From: an uncultured Alphaproteobacteria bacterium
GTDB taxonomy: Bacteria > Pseudomonadota > Alphaproteobacteria > Rhizobiales > Beijerinckiaceae
Direction: 5' to 3'
Length of the DNA: 64,000 nucleotides
NCBI GenBank assembly: GCA_963836695.1
Contig: CAWIKX010000013.1
Location: 132,231 to 196,230 of the forward strand
The notes beneath the pieces were generated by a model. The model did no database searches, was not told where the DNA came from, and was given only the letters and a program-made list of their open reading frames with translations. Within the stretch, counting starts at the first letter, position 1, and each line of letters opens with the position of its first letter. Made by a program: the position numbers and the translations under genes. Positions 1 through 9,532 of the stretch are shown here, piece by piece.

Positions 1-584
1 TGGAGGCTCACGTCCAAAAGGGGGTGCGTCTTCACCTCGGCTCCAGGGTCGCTCGGATTGAAGACAAGCAGGTCCTGCTGCAAGGGGGCAAGCGGATCGA
101 CGCCGACATCGTGGTCGTCGGCATCGGGGTCGAGCCACGGATCCAGCTGGCGGAGGCGGCTGGTCTTGCTCTCGATCGCGGTGTCCTTGTCAGTTCGCGC
201 TTGCAGACCAGCAATCCGGACATCTTCGCCGCAGGCGATATTGCGCGCTGGCCTGATCCCCATACCGGCGAAAGCATTCGCGTGGAGCATTGGGTCGTCG
301 CTGAGCGCCAAGGACAGGTTGCAGCCCGAAATATGTTAGGCGCCGACGAGCCATTCAGGATGGCGCCATTCTTTTGGACGAAGCATTTCGATCTCTCGAT
401 TCGTTATGTCGGGCATGCGGAGAAATGGGACGAGGTGTACGTCGAGGGCAATCTCGCACATCGAGACGGCCTTGTTCGCTTCCGCCGCGAGGGTCGCGAC
501 CTGGCAGTCGCTACGGTCGAACGCGACAAAGAGTCGCTTCGCGCCGAGTTGGCGATGGAAAGCGAGGTTGCCCGCCTGTCGTGA
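1..584 (+). CDS. FAD/NAD(P)-dependent oxidoreductase (ferredoxin-reductase-like), C-terminal part; 5' end lies outside the window
   Basis: The frame is open from the window edge (codons from nt 3) to TGA at 582-584. IVVVGIGVEP, FAAGDIARWP and VEHWVVAERQG resemble the NAD-binding and C-terminal domains of pyridine-nucleotide-disulfide family ferredoxin reductases. Confidence 0.75.
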   Translation, partial: EAHVQKGVRLHLGSRVARIEDKQVLLQGGKRIDADIVVVGIGVEPRIQLAEAAGLALDRGVLVSSRLQTSNPDIFAAGDIARWPDPHTGESIRVEHWVVAERQGQVAARNMLGADEPFRMAPFFWTKHFDLSIRYVGHAEKWDEVYVEGNLAHRDGLVRFRREGRDLAVATVERDKESLRAELAMESEVARLS

Positions 585-677
585 GGCGACGCGGCGCCAG
601 GGAACGAAAACCCTCGGCGAAGCGTTCATGCGTGACGAGGCTGTGTCTTGGGCTTCGAATGACGGGAGATGGGCCTA

Positions 678-1172
678 ATGTCTGAGCAAAAAACCGGCGG
701 CGACGATACTAATGTTTCGCGGGATCGGCTCGCCGAATTGCTCAATGAAGATCTCGCTCGCGAATACCAGGCCATCATCGCCTATGTCGTATACTCCCAG
801 GTCTTAAAGGGCGCGGAGTACATGAGCATCGCCGACCAGCTAGAGATCCACGCCCAAGAAGAATTAAAGCACGCGCTGATCATTTCGCGGCAAATTGATT
901 ACCTTGGCAAGATGCCGACTGTGAGTCCCAAGCCCGTGCGCACTTCGGAGGACGCGAAGGAAATGCTTCGCTTCGATCTGAACAACGAGAATGAAACCAT
1001 TCGCAACTACCGGCAGCGCGTGCGACAGTGTGAGGCCTTGAACGAGTTCGCGATGGCCGAGCAGATCCGTCAGATTCTGATCGACGAACAGGATCATCAG
1101 ATCGACTTGGCGACTGCGCTCGGCGAAGATGTGCCGGATCTCACGAAGGCAAAAAACCCGAAAGGCGGTTGA
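678..1172 (+). CDS. ferritin-like (bacterioferritin/rubrerythrin-fold) protein
   Basis: The ORF track gives 669..1172. GGGAG at 664-668 is better spaced for the ATG at 678. Di-iron-type helices are present (EYQAIIAY, QEELKHA, DEQDHQIDL). Confidence 0.7.
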   Translation: MSEQKTGGDDTNVSRDRLAELLNEDLAREYQAIIAYVVYSQVLKGAEYMSIADQLEIHAQEELKHALIISRQIDYLGKMPTVSPKPVRTSEDAKEMLRFDLNNENETIRNYRQRVRQCEALNEFAMAEQIRQILIDEQDHQIDLATALGEDVPDLTKAKNPKGG

Positions 1173-1359
1173 GTGAGAGCGCCGACCGACGCTCATCTGG
1201 AAACTTGCCGACCCCACGGGGGGTACGCCATCGTCGTGTTGTGAGCATGCGGCACGGAACCATGATCGAGCAGACCTTGATCAGTCCACGCGCTCTGGAA
1301 CAATTAGCGTCTGGCGGCGGTTCAAGGAGTCTTATCCAAGGCCTTTTGTAGGAACTCCG

Positions 1360-1809
1360 TTGTCGATTACGAACCCGCGGTCCGCGACGCGTATCTTCCG
1401 GCATCCGCTTCATCCGATGCTGGTTCCGGTTCCGATTGTCTGCTTCGTTGGGGTTCTGTTCACAGACGTCACCTATTGGCGGTCAGCGGATATGATGTGG
1501 GCGAATTTCTCCGCATGGCTGGTGACCGTCGGCGTGATCGTTGGCGTTATCGCCGCCATTTTCGGGCTAATCGACTTTCTCAGCAGTCGAGTTATCCGCG
1601 CTCAGCCGCCGGCGTGGCCGCACGCGATCGGCAACGTCGCGGTGCTCATTCTCGCCACGCTCAACATGTTCATTCATTCGCGGGATGCATGGACTTCGGT
1701 CGTGCCGTGGGGCCTCACTCTTTCGGCCGTTGTCGTGCTCATCCTCATCTTCACGGTCTGGATGGGACAAGCGTTGGTCTACCGCCATCGGGTCGGGGTC
1801 GCTGAATGA
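1360..1809 (+). CDS. DUF2231-type integral membrane protein
   Basis: 149 aa with a TTG start and 4 predicted TM helices. The N-terminal HPLHPMLVPVPI motif is typical of DUF2231. Its stop overlaps the next start (ATGA at 1806-1809). Confidence 0.7.
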   Translation: MSITNPRSATRIFRHPLHPMLVPVPIVCFVGVLFTDVTYWRSADMMWANFSAWLVTVGVIVGVIAAIFGLIDFLSSRVIRAQPPAWPHAIGNVAVLILATLNMFIHSRDAWTSVVPWGLTLSAVVVLILIFTVWMGQALVYRHRVGVAE

Positions 1810-3131
1810 AATCCGCCGTCCTGTCGATGGTCCTAGTCGGCGCGTGCGTTCTGGCGCCGCTCCGGGCCCGCTCCGACGAATCTTTCGATGTTCAAAGTCA
1901 AGTTGGGCCGAATCCCGTATTGCCGGAGATCCAGCAATATTTCTTTCCGCCAATGCATCTCTCGTCAGTCGTTGGTTGGAAGAACGGCGAGAAGCCCACG
2001 GTTGCAGCGGGATTAAAAATCGAGGCCCTTGCCCCCGGCCTTCAGCACCCGCGCTCGCTCTACACGCTTCCCAATGGGGACGTGCTGGTGGTCGAATCGA
2101 AAGCGCCCCCGCCGCAGCCGATCACACGGCCGAAAGACATCGTCATGCGGTTCATCGAAAAGATGGTGACCTCAGGCGGCGACCCCGGGCCGAGCAATCG
2201 TATCACGCTCCTGCGATACGACCCGGCCGAAGGGAAGCCTCCGATGCGATCGGTCTTTCTTGACCATCTCCATTCGCCCTTCGGCGTGGTCCTGGTCGGT
2301 GAAGACCTCTATGTTGCGAATACAGACGCCATCGTGCGCTATCCGTACCATGAAGGCGACCAGACAATCTCTGCGAGCGGCGTGACGCTGACGCCGCTAC
2401 CTGGCGGTCCGATAGATCACCACTGGACCAAGAGCCTGACGGCCAGCCGAGACGGCTCGCTGCTTTATGTCGGCGTCGGCTCTAACAGCAACATCACTGA
2501 AAACGGCATCGAGGCTGAGCATAACCGTGCCGCGATCTGGGAAGTCGATCGCGCGAGCGGACGCTGGCGCATTTTTGCGAGCGGCCTGCGCAACCCGAAC
2601 GGACTGACCTTCGAGCCGGAGAGCGGCGCTTTGTGGGCCGTCGTCAACGAGCGCGACGAACTCGGCCCGAACTTGGTCCCCGATTACCTCACGTCCGTGA
2701 AAGACGGTGCATTCTACGGATGGCCTTACAGCTACTACGGACAGCATCTTGACCCGCGCGTGCAACCGCAGCGGCCCGATCTGGTCGAAAAGGCAATCGC
2801 TCCCGATTACGCGCTTAGCTCGCACGTGGCGCCGCTGGGCCTCGTTTTTTACACCGCCGACAGCTTGCCTCAGAAATATCGCGGCGGCGCATTTGTCGGC
2901 GAACATGGAAGTTGGGATCGGCCGACCTTCAACGGATACCGGGTCGTTTTCGTGCCCTTCAGCGCTGGGCGTCCCAACGGTAAAGCTGCGGATGTCGTCA
3001 CCGGGTTTCTTGACGCGGACGGGAAGGCGAGAGGACGACCGGTCGGACTCGCCGTCGACAAAACCGGAGCGCTTTTGATTGCCGATGACGTCGGTAACAC
3101 CGTCTGGCGCGTCACCTCCACGGGCCAGTAG
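1806..3131 (+). CDS. PQQ-dependent sugar dehydrogenase (sorbosone / soluble glucose dehydrogenase family), secreted
   Basis: 441 aa with an N-terminal signal peptide. Beta-propeller motifs are present (LPNGDVLVVE, GLRNPNGLTFEP, LWAVVNERDELG, FYGWPYSYYG, GRPVGLAVDKTGALLIADD). Confidence 0.85.
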   Translation: MKSAVLSMVLVGACVLAPLRARSDESFDVQSQVGPNPVLPEIQQYFFPPMHLSSVVGWKNGEKPTVAAGLKIEALAPGLQHPRSLYTLPNGDVLVVESKAPPPQPITRPKDIVMRFIEKMVTSGGDPGPSNRITLLRYDPAEGKPPMRSVFLDHLHSPFGVVLVGEDLYVANTDAIVRYPYHEGDQTISASGVTLTPLPGGPIDHHWTKSLTASRDGSLLYVGVGSNSNITENGIEAEHNRAAIWEVDRASGRWRIFASGLRNPNGLTFEPESGALWAVVNERDELGPNLVPDYLTSVKDGAFYGWPYSYYGQHLDPRVQPQRPDLVEKAIAPDYALSSHVAPLGLVFYTADSLPQKYRGGAFVGEHGSWDRPTFNGYRVVFVPFSAGRPNGKAADVVTGFLDADGKARGRPVGLAVDKTGALLIADDVGNTVWRVTSTGQ

Positions 3132-3226
3132 GGCTCGGCCAGTCGAACCGCTAATCGACGGATAAGCGGGGCACGAATCCATTCGCGAGGCGTTGCTGCG
3201 GATAACAGGCATTGTCGGGGCGCTCC

Positions 3227-4498
3227 ATGGTCAAAACCAGCAAGACGAAAGGCTTTGAGAATCTCAAAGATCCAGGGCACGACCTTGTCTCTGGTGCGGG
3301 AGCGACTGAGAATGGAGCTCGAGGCTCGTCGATAACCACTCAGGACGTCACCGCGGCAGCCGAGGTGATTTCGCTCGCCGACGAGCGCATTTCGATCCGC
3401 ACGCGACTGTTGCAGAGAAGCGCCAGAGACGTCGGGGAGCGGGCGTTCTCAAGGGCGGACGCCTACGACGAGGACGGGGCCTATCCGGCCGAAGACGTGG
3501 CGGCGCTGCACGAATGTGGCCTCGCTGCCGCCGTCTTGCCTGTAAGGAGCGGCGGAGTCGGGCTATCGGGTTTGGGTTTAAGCGAGGCGCTGCAATCGAT
3601 CGGGTCGGGCAGCCTGCCTTTGGGACGGCTGTTCGAGGGCCATGTGAACGCGCTCGAGCTTGTGCTTCGCTATGGCGGAAGCGATCAGATCAATCTGATC
3701 GCGGCGGAAGTCCGGCAGGGCAAGCTGTTCGGTGTTTGGAATACGGACGATTCGAACAATCTGCTGCTTGTTCAGAGGCGAGGGCGGTACCGTCTCGTAG
3801 GCAGGAAAATCTTGGCCTCGGGAGCGGCTCATATCGAACGCCCGCTCGTCACCGCGACGGACGAAGAAGGGCGCCGGTTGATGGTCCTTCCCAAGCTGCG
3901 CGCTTCCGACCGCGCCGATTTGTCGAGCTGGACAGCGCAAGGAATGCGCGCCTCCGCGACGGGCTCGGTCGACTTTACCGGCGTCGAAATTGATCCCATC
4001 GAGATCGTTGGCCGCGCGGGAGACTATGAACGCCAGCCTTGGTTTTCCGGCGGCGCCTGGCGCTTCGCCGCCGTGCAACTCGGCGGCATGGAGCGGCTGT
4101 TCGATCTCCTTCGCCGGCATTTGCAGGAAACCAACCGCGGACAAGATGCTCACCAGGCGGCGCGTCTCGGTAAGTCCGCCATGGCCATTGAGACAGCGAG
4201 GCTCTGGGTCGCCCACGCGGCGTCAATCACACAAGCGTCCCTGGACTCACGAGCGCCCGAACAGCTTGTCGCCTACGTCAACCTCGCGCGCCTCGCGGTC
4301 GAAACGGCGGCTCTCGATCTCATGCAGCTCGTCCAGCGTTCAGTCGGGCTGAAGGCCTTCCTGCGTCCGAACCCGATCGAGCGCATTTCACGAGACCTCG
4401 CGACCTATCTCCGCCAGCCCGGCCCGGACCGTGCATTGACGGACGCCGCGGCATGGATACTTCCCCAGCCGGTGAGCGCGCCGGATCTGTGGCGATGA
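3227..4498 (+). CDS. acyl-CoA dehydrogenase family protein
   Basis: The ORF is 3212..4498 (TTG); the first ATG is at 3227 and the start is uncertain. ACAD-like N, middle (TAQGMRASATGSVDFTGVEI) and C-terminal helical domains are present. Confidence 0.75.
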   Translation: MVKTSKTKGFENLKDPGHDLVSGAGATENGARGSSITTQDVTAAAEVISLADERISIRTRLLQRSARDVGERAFSRADAYDEDGAYPAEDVAALHECGLAAAVLPVRSGGVGLSGLGLSEALQSIGSGSLPLGRLFEGHVNALELVLRYGGSDQINLIAAEVRQGKLFGVWNTDDSNNLLLVQRRGRYRLVGRKILASGAAHIERPLVTATDEEGRRLMVLPKLRASDRADLSSWTAQGMRASATGSVDFTGVEIDPIEIVGRAGDYERQPWFSGGAWRFAAVQLGGMERLFDLLRRHLQETNRGQDAHQAARLGKSAMAIETARLWVAHAASITQASLDSRAPEQLVAYVNLARLAVETAALDLMQLVQRSVGLKAFLRPNPIERISRDLATYLRQPGPDRALTDAAAWILPQPVSAPDLWR

Positions 4499-5235
4499 CC
4501 GTCGACGAACTTCTTAATGCCGCTGATCGGCTCCCGGTTCGGGCGGTGCGTGAGGCGCTCGAAGATCGACCATTCGTCGTAGTCGCGCCGCATCCGGACG
4601 ATGAGAGCCTTGGCTGCGGCGGTCTGATCGCCGAGGCCTGCCGGCAAGGACTGCGGGGGAAGGTCGTCATCGTCAGCGACGGGGCAGGATCGCATCCGAA
4701 CAGCAAGGACTATCCGCCGGAGCGATTAGTGCCTCTGCGTGAAGAGGAAGCGAAACAAGCGGGCGTGCAGCTCGGGTTGAAGCCGGAGGATGTGCTTTTC
4801 CTCAGACTGCCCGATCGCTTCGTGCCTTACGAAGGCCAAGAGGCCGAGCGCGCGATTGGCGCCATTATCGATTGCGTCAGGAACACCGGCGCGGGCTCGC
4901 TTTTCGTGAGCTGGCGGCATGATCCGCACTGCGACCATCAGGCGTCCTATGAGATCGCGCGCCGGGTCCAGGACCAAGTTGGCGAAGTTAGGCTGTTTGA
5001 GTACGTCGTCTGGGGACTCACGCTTCCGCCCTCGACGGAAGTCACTCAATTCCGTAGCGGCTTCAAGATTCGCCTCGATGAGGAGGCGCACGAAAGGAAG
5101 CGGCGCGCCCTTGCGGCCCACCGCTCGCAGACGAGCAATCTCATCGAAGACGATCCCGCCGGATTTCTATTCGCGCAGATCGACCAGGCCCATTTCGATC
5201 GCCCCTATGAAATCTTCCTTGAGGGCGACGCGTGA
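4495..5235 (+). CDS. PIG-L (LmbE-like) family N-acetylglucosaminyl deacetylase
   Basis: The VVAPHPDDESLGCGG zinc-binding motif is present, followed by HxDH (WRHDPHCDH). The ATG at 4495 overlaps the upstream stop (ATGA). Confidence 0.85.
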   Translation: MTVDELLNAADRLPVRAVREALEDRPFVVVAPHPDDESLGCGGLIAEACRQGLRGKVVIVSDGAGSHPNSKDYPPERLVPLREEEAKQAGVQLGLKPEDVLFLRLPDRFVPYEGQEAERAIGAIIDCVRNTGAGSLFVSWRHDPHCDHQASYEIARRVQDQVGEVRLFEYVVWGLTLPPSTEVTQFRSGFKIRLDEEAHERKRRALAAHRSQTSNLIEDDPAGFLFAQIDQAHFDRPYEIFLEGDA

Positions 5236-5816
5236 GCCAAGAGCGGGAAACTCTCAAGCCTGCCTACTTTGATGCAATATACACAGCGAATCCAGACCCG
5301 TGGAAGTTCGCGACTAGCCCATATGAGAGCGCCAAATACGCGCTCACCCTGAGCGCCCTGCCGAAATCGCGCTATCGGTCGGCGCTCGAAGTCGGATGCT
5401 CGATTGGCGTATTGACTCGCTTACTGGCTGCGCGCTGCGACGCCATTGTCGCGATCGATGTGGCCAAAGGTCCGCTGGTCGAGGCGAAGCGCAAATGCGC
5501 GGATCTTCCGGGCGTGCGGTTCGAACAGATGTTCGTGCCGGACGAGTGGCCGAACGGCATTTTTGAACTCATCCTCCTCTCAGAGGTCGTCTACTATTTA
5601 AGTCGAGAGGATGTCGGGCGCCTCGCCGCCAGAGTCGCCGGGTCTTTGCCGAAAGGGGGCTCCGTCGTCCTGGTCCACTGGACGGGGGAGACGAATTATC
5701 CGCTCAGTGGCGACGAGGCCGCCGCTCTCTTCATCGAACAAGTTGGCTCGACATGCGTGATTACGCGCTCGGATCGATATCGGCAATTTCGCCTGGACGT
5801 GTTGTCGCGCCTGTAG
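5232..5816 (+). CDS. class I SAM-dependent methyltransferase, NodS-like
   Basis: 194 aa. The GTG start overlaps the PIG-L stop (GTGA). SAM motif I is LEVGCSIGVLT, and the N-terminus (YFDAIYTANPDPWKF) is typical of NodS-family enzymes. Confidence 0.8.
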   Translation: MSQERETLKPAYFDAIYTANPDPWKFATSPYESAKYALTLSALPKSRYRSALEVGCSIGVLTRLLAARCDAIVAIDVAKGPLVEAKRKCADLPGVRFEQMFVPDEWPNGIFELILLSEVVYYLSREDVGRLAARVAGSLPKGGSVVLVHWTGETNYPLSGDEAAALFIEQVGSTCVITRSDRYRQFRLDVLSRL

Positions 5817-6989
5817 CCGGCCGGCGCGCAGGCGGGCGAGCCAACGGCGCGCGACAGATATCTGTTCCGGCAATTGCGCTGGCGTCAGCAGTCGTCGAGT
5901 AAATAGCGGGCTTCTATTCTCGATAAGAGCCCATGCCGCGCCGAATGCGAACTGCTCGACAATCTCATCGACATCTCGGGCCTGAATCTCGAGCTTGATC
6001 GCCCAGTCTCGATCGAGAGGGAGGCGGCCGGCGCTATGCAGTCGCCGCGACCGTCCGCGCCATGAGGCGCGCGCGAAAGCTATGCGAAATGTCTCCAGGA
6101 ACTCGTCGCAAAGGGCGTCGGGCTCCTGGCTCCGGATGCGCAGGGTATCCGCAACTCCGCCAGGCGCGCGCCCCTTCGTTCGCCCGGACGTGATCACGTT
6201 GACAGCTGGACAATAGCGAATTCTTGCGTCCTGGCGGGACAGCAGAGCAATCAGCGCCTTGTCCTCACCGAGGGGAACACGTGGTAGTCGCCCGACGCGA
6301 TTGTAAGCGGCGCAGGTTACGCCAAGGCTTGCGCCCGAGATCGTGGCGTGATGAGGCCACGGATTGTGTTCAAGGGGATCGACCAGGGAAGACAGTTCGG
6401 TAAGCAGTTTCTCATACGCGTCTTCGAGCGCGCCGCGCTGATGAAGAGCGTCGGGCAAGAGCTTGCCTTCCTCGTCGAGCTCGACGCGTCCGAGGACGGC
6501 GTCCGCCCCGGCCTCAAATGCGCTGAGGTTCGTGGCGATCCAATTTGGGGCCGGCTGGCTGTCGGCATCGGTAGTCAGGATCACGCCGTCCCTTTCGCCT
6601 CCTTCGGCGAGCCAAGCCTCGGCCATGTCCATCGCCGCGCGACGAGCCGCGCCAGCGTGCGCGATTGCTGGAGGCAATCGCGCTTCAACCACGCGGACGG
6701 CGAGCGAGAAGCTCCGCCCAAGCCTTCGGGCGAGGTCGGCGCTCTGATCGGCGCAATTGTTGGCGAAGATGGCGACGCGGATGAGGGGTGGCGGAATCAG
6801 CGACCCCGAGCGGTCGCGCTGCCGCGCAAGGGCGCGCAAGCAGGCCGGCAAGCGCTCCTCTTCGTCTTTTACGGGTATGGCGACAACAAAGCCGGGTCCG
6901 ATAGGCGAGACCGGCCTTGACGGCGGCAACGGGAACAGGGCGTCGCCTAGACCGGCTGAATCGTCAAACATCGAGCGTCCTGAAAGCAA
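5598..6989 (-). CDS. family 2 glycosyltransferase
   Basis: 463-aa ORF. GT-A N-terminus (VVAIPVKDEEERLPACLRAL ... ILTTDADS) and a later GEDKAL motif are present. The last ~73 codons run antisense through the 3' end of the methyltransferase gene. Confidence 0.75.
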   Translation of the reverse strand: MLSGRSMFDDSAGLGDALFPLPPSRPVSPIGPGFVVAIPVKDEEERLPACLRALARQRDRSGSLIPPPLIRVAIFANNCADQSADLARRLGRSFSLAVRVVEARLPPAIAHAGAARRAAMDMAEAWLAEGGERDGVILTTDADSQPAPNWIATNLSAFEAGADAVLGRVELDEEGKLLPDALHQRGALEDAYEKLLTELSSLVDPLEHNPWPHHATISGASLGVTCAAYNRVGRLPRVPLGEDKALIALLSRQDARIRYCPAVNVITSGRTKGRAPGGVADTLRIRSQEPDALCDEFLETFRIAFARASWRGRSRRLHSAGRLPLDRDWAIKLEIQARDVDEIVEQFAFGAAWALIENRSPLFTRRLLTPAQLPEQISVARRWLARLRAGRLQARQHVQAKLPISIRARNHACRANLFDEESGGLVATERIIRLPRPVDQDDGAPFRQRPGDSGGEAPDILST

Positions 6990-7301
6990 AGAAAGAGCTC
7001 GCCATCCCGGCGAGCCGACTAAGAACAGATCGGCTGCGATGAAGTTCCGTCGCGTCAGATTTCGTTTGCGAACTGCGCTGCCGTCGGAGCGTGCCTAGCG
7101 AGCGACCAGCGATTGCGTCGATATCTTCTAGGCGGCGCCTCGCCAAACGGAACTTCGGTTTTAATGATCTTTGAAAAAGCCGAGCTTCCGATGCCCGAAG
7201 GATTAGGCGGCGGCAGGTCCGCGTTTGACAGCCCTGAGAGGTCGTGTAGCTTCGCTTTCCAAATGCGCTAACAGGGACAAAGTACGTCGGAAGGAGGAGT
7301 C

Positions 7302-7625
7302 ATGCGGCCGCTTGTCGTGCTTGTCGAATTCCTTGTGAAACCTTCGTTCATTACGCGATTTCGTGATCTGATTGCCGTCAACGCGGAAGCTTCAGTGGAG
7401 CGCGAAACGGGTTGCAAGCGTTTTGACGTGCTTGTCGAGTCAGAGCAGCGGCGGCGGTCCGTCCCCCATGAAATCTACGGGGATGAGGCCGCGTTCGACG
7501 ACCATCTCGCCTCAAGCCATTACCTAAGCTTTGCTGATGCGGGCGAGAGCCGGATTGAAGAATGCTGCGTCAGGCGCCTTGCCTTCTCCACGGAGATGGC
7601 GATGAGCGATGAGATGTTCACGTGA
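7302..7625 (+). CDS. ABM-domain protein (antibiotic-biosynthesis / quinol monooxygenase-like)
   Basis: 107 aa with a strong RBS (GGAAGGAGG) 5 nt upstream. The ferredoxin-like ABM pattern is present (HEIYGDEAAFDDHLASSHY). Confidence 0.7.
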   Translation: MRPLVVLVEFLVKPSFITRFRDLIAVNAEASVERETGCKRFDVLVESEQRRRSVPHEIYGDEAAFDDHLASSHYLSFADAGESRIEECCVRRLAFSTEMAMSDEMFT

Positions 7626-7734
7626 CCACTTACGCTGCAATGACACCCCCACGTCGCGGGTGTGGGCCATGAGCTAGGCAAGAACACCACGACCGGCGCG
7701 CACGTCGCCGGCGGGCATCGAGGGAGGAAGCCTA

Positions 7735-9417
7735 ATGACCGATGAGCGTGAACGGCGCGAATTCAACGCCGGACTATCAGAGGAGGTCGACGCGTGGCTT
7801 AGAGGCGATACATCGCGTCGCGAGTTCCTGACGAGGTTCATGCTCCTTGGCGGAGCCGCGATGCTTCCGGGCTTGGGCTACACCGCCTCCGGATCGAAGG
7901 CTTGGGCGGCGATGGCGGACGTCTCGAAGGTCGAGCTCGCTGATAAGAGCACCCCGCTTGGTCAAGCTCAGGCGGCCGCCGTGAAGGCGTCGACCGAGGG
8001 CCCGACAGACGGATCGGCCTATCGCGCGGTACAGGCGGCTCAGCAGTACAAAGACAAGGGGATCACGCTCAATCTGACGTATGAGGCCGGGCTTCAGGCG
8101 CTCGAGCCGAAGAACTTCTCCGGGCCTCTATGGCAAGCGTTGACTGGCATCAATTTCAACGTGGTCGAACTCCCGCATCCCGACCAGTATTCGAAGCCGA
8201 TCGCCGAACACATCGCGGACTCCGGCGCATACGACGTCCTCGACATCGAACCGGCTTGGATTCCTGCTCTCGCGAATGGCGGCGTCATTTTGCCGATCGA
8301 CGACTATGTCGCCAAGCACATGAATAAGGCCGACCTGGACGACTACCACCCGTTATACAAGTCGATCACGATGTACAAAGGTAAGCAATGGGGCGTGTTC
8401 GACGACGGCGATCAGTTCGCTCTTTACTACCGTAAAGACGTATTCGACGACCCGAAGCTGAAGACGGCTTACCAAGCGAAGTTCGGCAAGCCGCTGGCCG
8501 TCCCGACGACGTGGGACGATTATTCGCAAGTGGCGCAATTCATCACCGACCAAATGGCGCCCAACATCTATGGCGCGGCTCATTTCCGCAAGTTCGGCAG
8601 TCCTGGCAACCAATTCAGCTTCCTGCAACAGTATCGCGCCAACGGGGGAAAATTCTTCGACGGGGACATGAAGGCCCAACTCACCGGTCCCGCTGGCGAG
8701 ACCACACTCAACCAGATGATCGCCCAGAACAAGGCCTCGATGCCCGGCAACAATGATCTCGACGCAGTCGCACTGTGGGCCGCCTGGCTGCAGGGCAAGG
8801 TTGCCATGATCTTCTCCTGGCCGCCTACCGGCCGGATGTCCTCCAACTACGCCCAGCGCGACAAGGCGATCAATTTCATTCCCGCCTCGACGATCGCCGA
8901 TAAGGTTGGTTACGCCGTGGTGCCCGGCAGCAATGGCGAAATGGCCTCAGGCTACGTGCGGGCGCTCGCGGCCGGGTCAAACAACGAAGAAGCGGCCTAT
9001 CTCTTCATGCAGTGGGTCACGGCGCCGCCGCTGTCCCTCGTGCGCACCATGCTCCCCTATACGCTTCGCGACCCCTATCGGCTGTCGACTTACAAGTCCG
9101 AGGAGTATCGAGCGCTATGGCCGTCCGCCAGGGAATATCTGGTCACCCTATGCGAATGCGCCAACAGCGGCGTCGTCGACATGATCATGCCCGGCTGGCA
9201 GGACTATGCTCTCTCTATCGACCGGATGTGCTCGGCGGTGTGGGGCGGTCAAGATCCGAAGGCGGCCTTGCAGAAGGCCGCCGCCGAGTGGGATGCATCC
9301 ACGCAGAGACTCGGCGTGCCGGCGCAAAAGGCGGCCTATCAGGAATTCCTCAAGATACCGGGCAGCTACGCGGACCACACAATCGAAAAGATCGGTCAGG
9401 CGGTGCACATAACCTAA
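7735..9417 (+). CDS. ABC transporter substrate-binding protein (family 1 / CUT1 type) with Tat signal
   Basis: 560 aa with RBS GAGGGAGGAAG upstream. A twin-arginine signal (SRREFLTRFMLLGGAAM ... AWA) is present. It lies upstream of two MalFG-type permeases and a MalK-type ATPase. Confidence 0.85.
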   Translation: MTDERERREFNAGLSEEVDAWLRGDTSRREFLTRFMLLGGAAMLPGLGYTASGSKAWAAMADVSKVELADKSTPLGQAQAAAVKASTEGPTDGSAYRAVQAAQQYKDKGITLNLTYEAGLQALEPKNFSGPLWQALTGINFNVVELPHPDQYSKPIAEHIADSGAYDVLDIEPAWIPALANGGVILPIDDYVAKHMNKADLDDYHPLYKSITMYKGKQWGVFDDGDQFALYYRKDVFDDPKLKTAYQAKFGKPLAVPTTWDDYSQVAQFITDQMAPNIYGAAHFRKFGSPGNQFSFLQQYRANGGKFFDGDMKAQLTGPAGETTLNQMIAQNKASMPGNNDLDAVALWAAWLQGKVAMIFSWPPTGRMSSNYAQRDKAINFIPASTIADKVGYAVVPGSNGEMASGYVRALAAGSNNEEAAYLFMQWVTAPPLSLVRTMLPYTLRDPYRLSTYKSEEYRALWPSAREYLVTLCECANSGVVDMIMPGWQDYALSIDRMCSAVWGGQDPKAALQKAAAEWDASTQRLGVPAQKAAYQEFLKIPGSYADHTIEKIGQAVHIT

Positions 9418-9532
9418 GGCTGATCCAGAAGCCCTGGCCGCGCTTTGCAGATTGTTGCGCGCCAGATCAAACGGTCGCGGCTCCTACCCGCCTATAGACC
9501 CTGCGCCGAGCTCGAGTTCAAACAAGACACCC

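Noticed and set aside
2397-3212. Long antisense ORFs opposite recognised genes. Examples: 2397-3212(-), 10975-11904(-), 15160-16221(-), 17074-17877(+), 21772-22485(+), 28674-29603(+), 38216-39196(-), 40950-41927(+), 43183-44553(+), 51264-52811(-), 53715-55022(-), 58440-59723(+), 62287-63000(-).
   Set aside because: Their translations are Arg/Ala/Gly/Pro-rich low-complexity sequence with no family resemblance. Each lies entirely opposite a gene with clear motifs. Open antisense frames are expected at this GC content.
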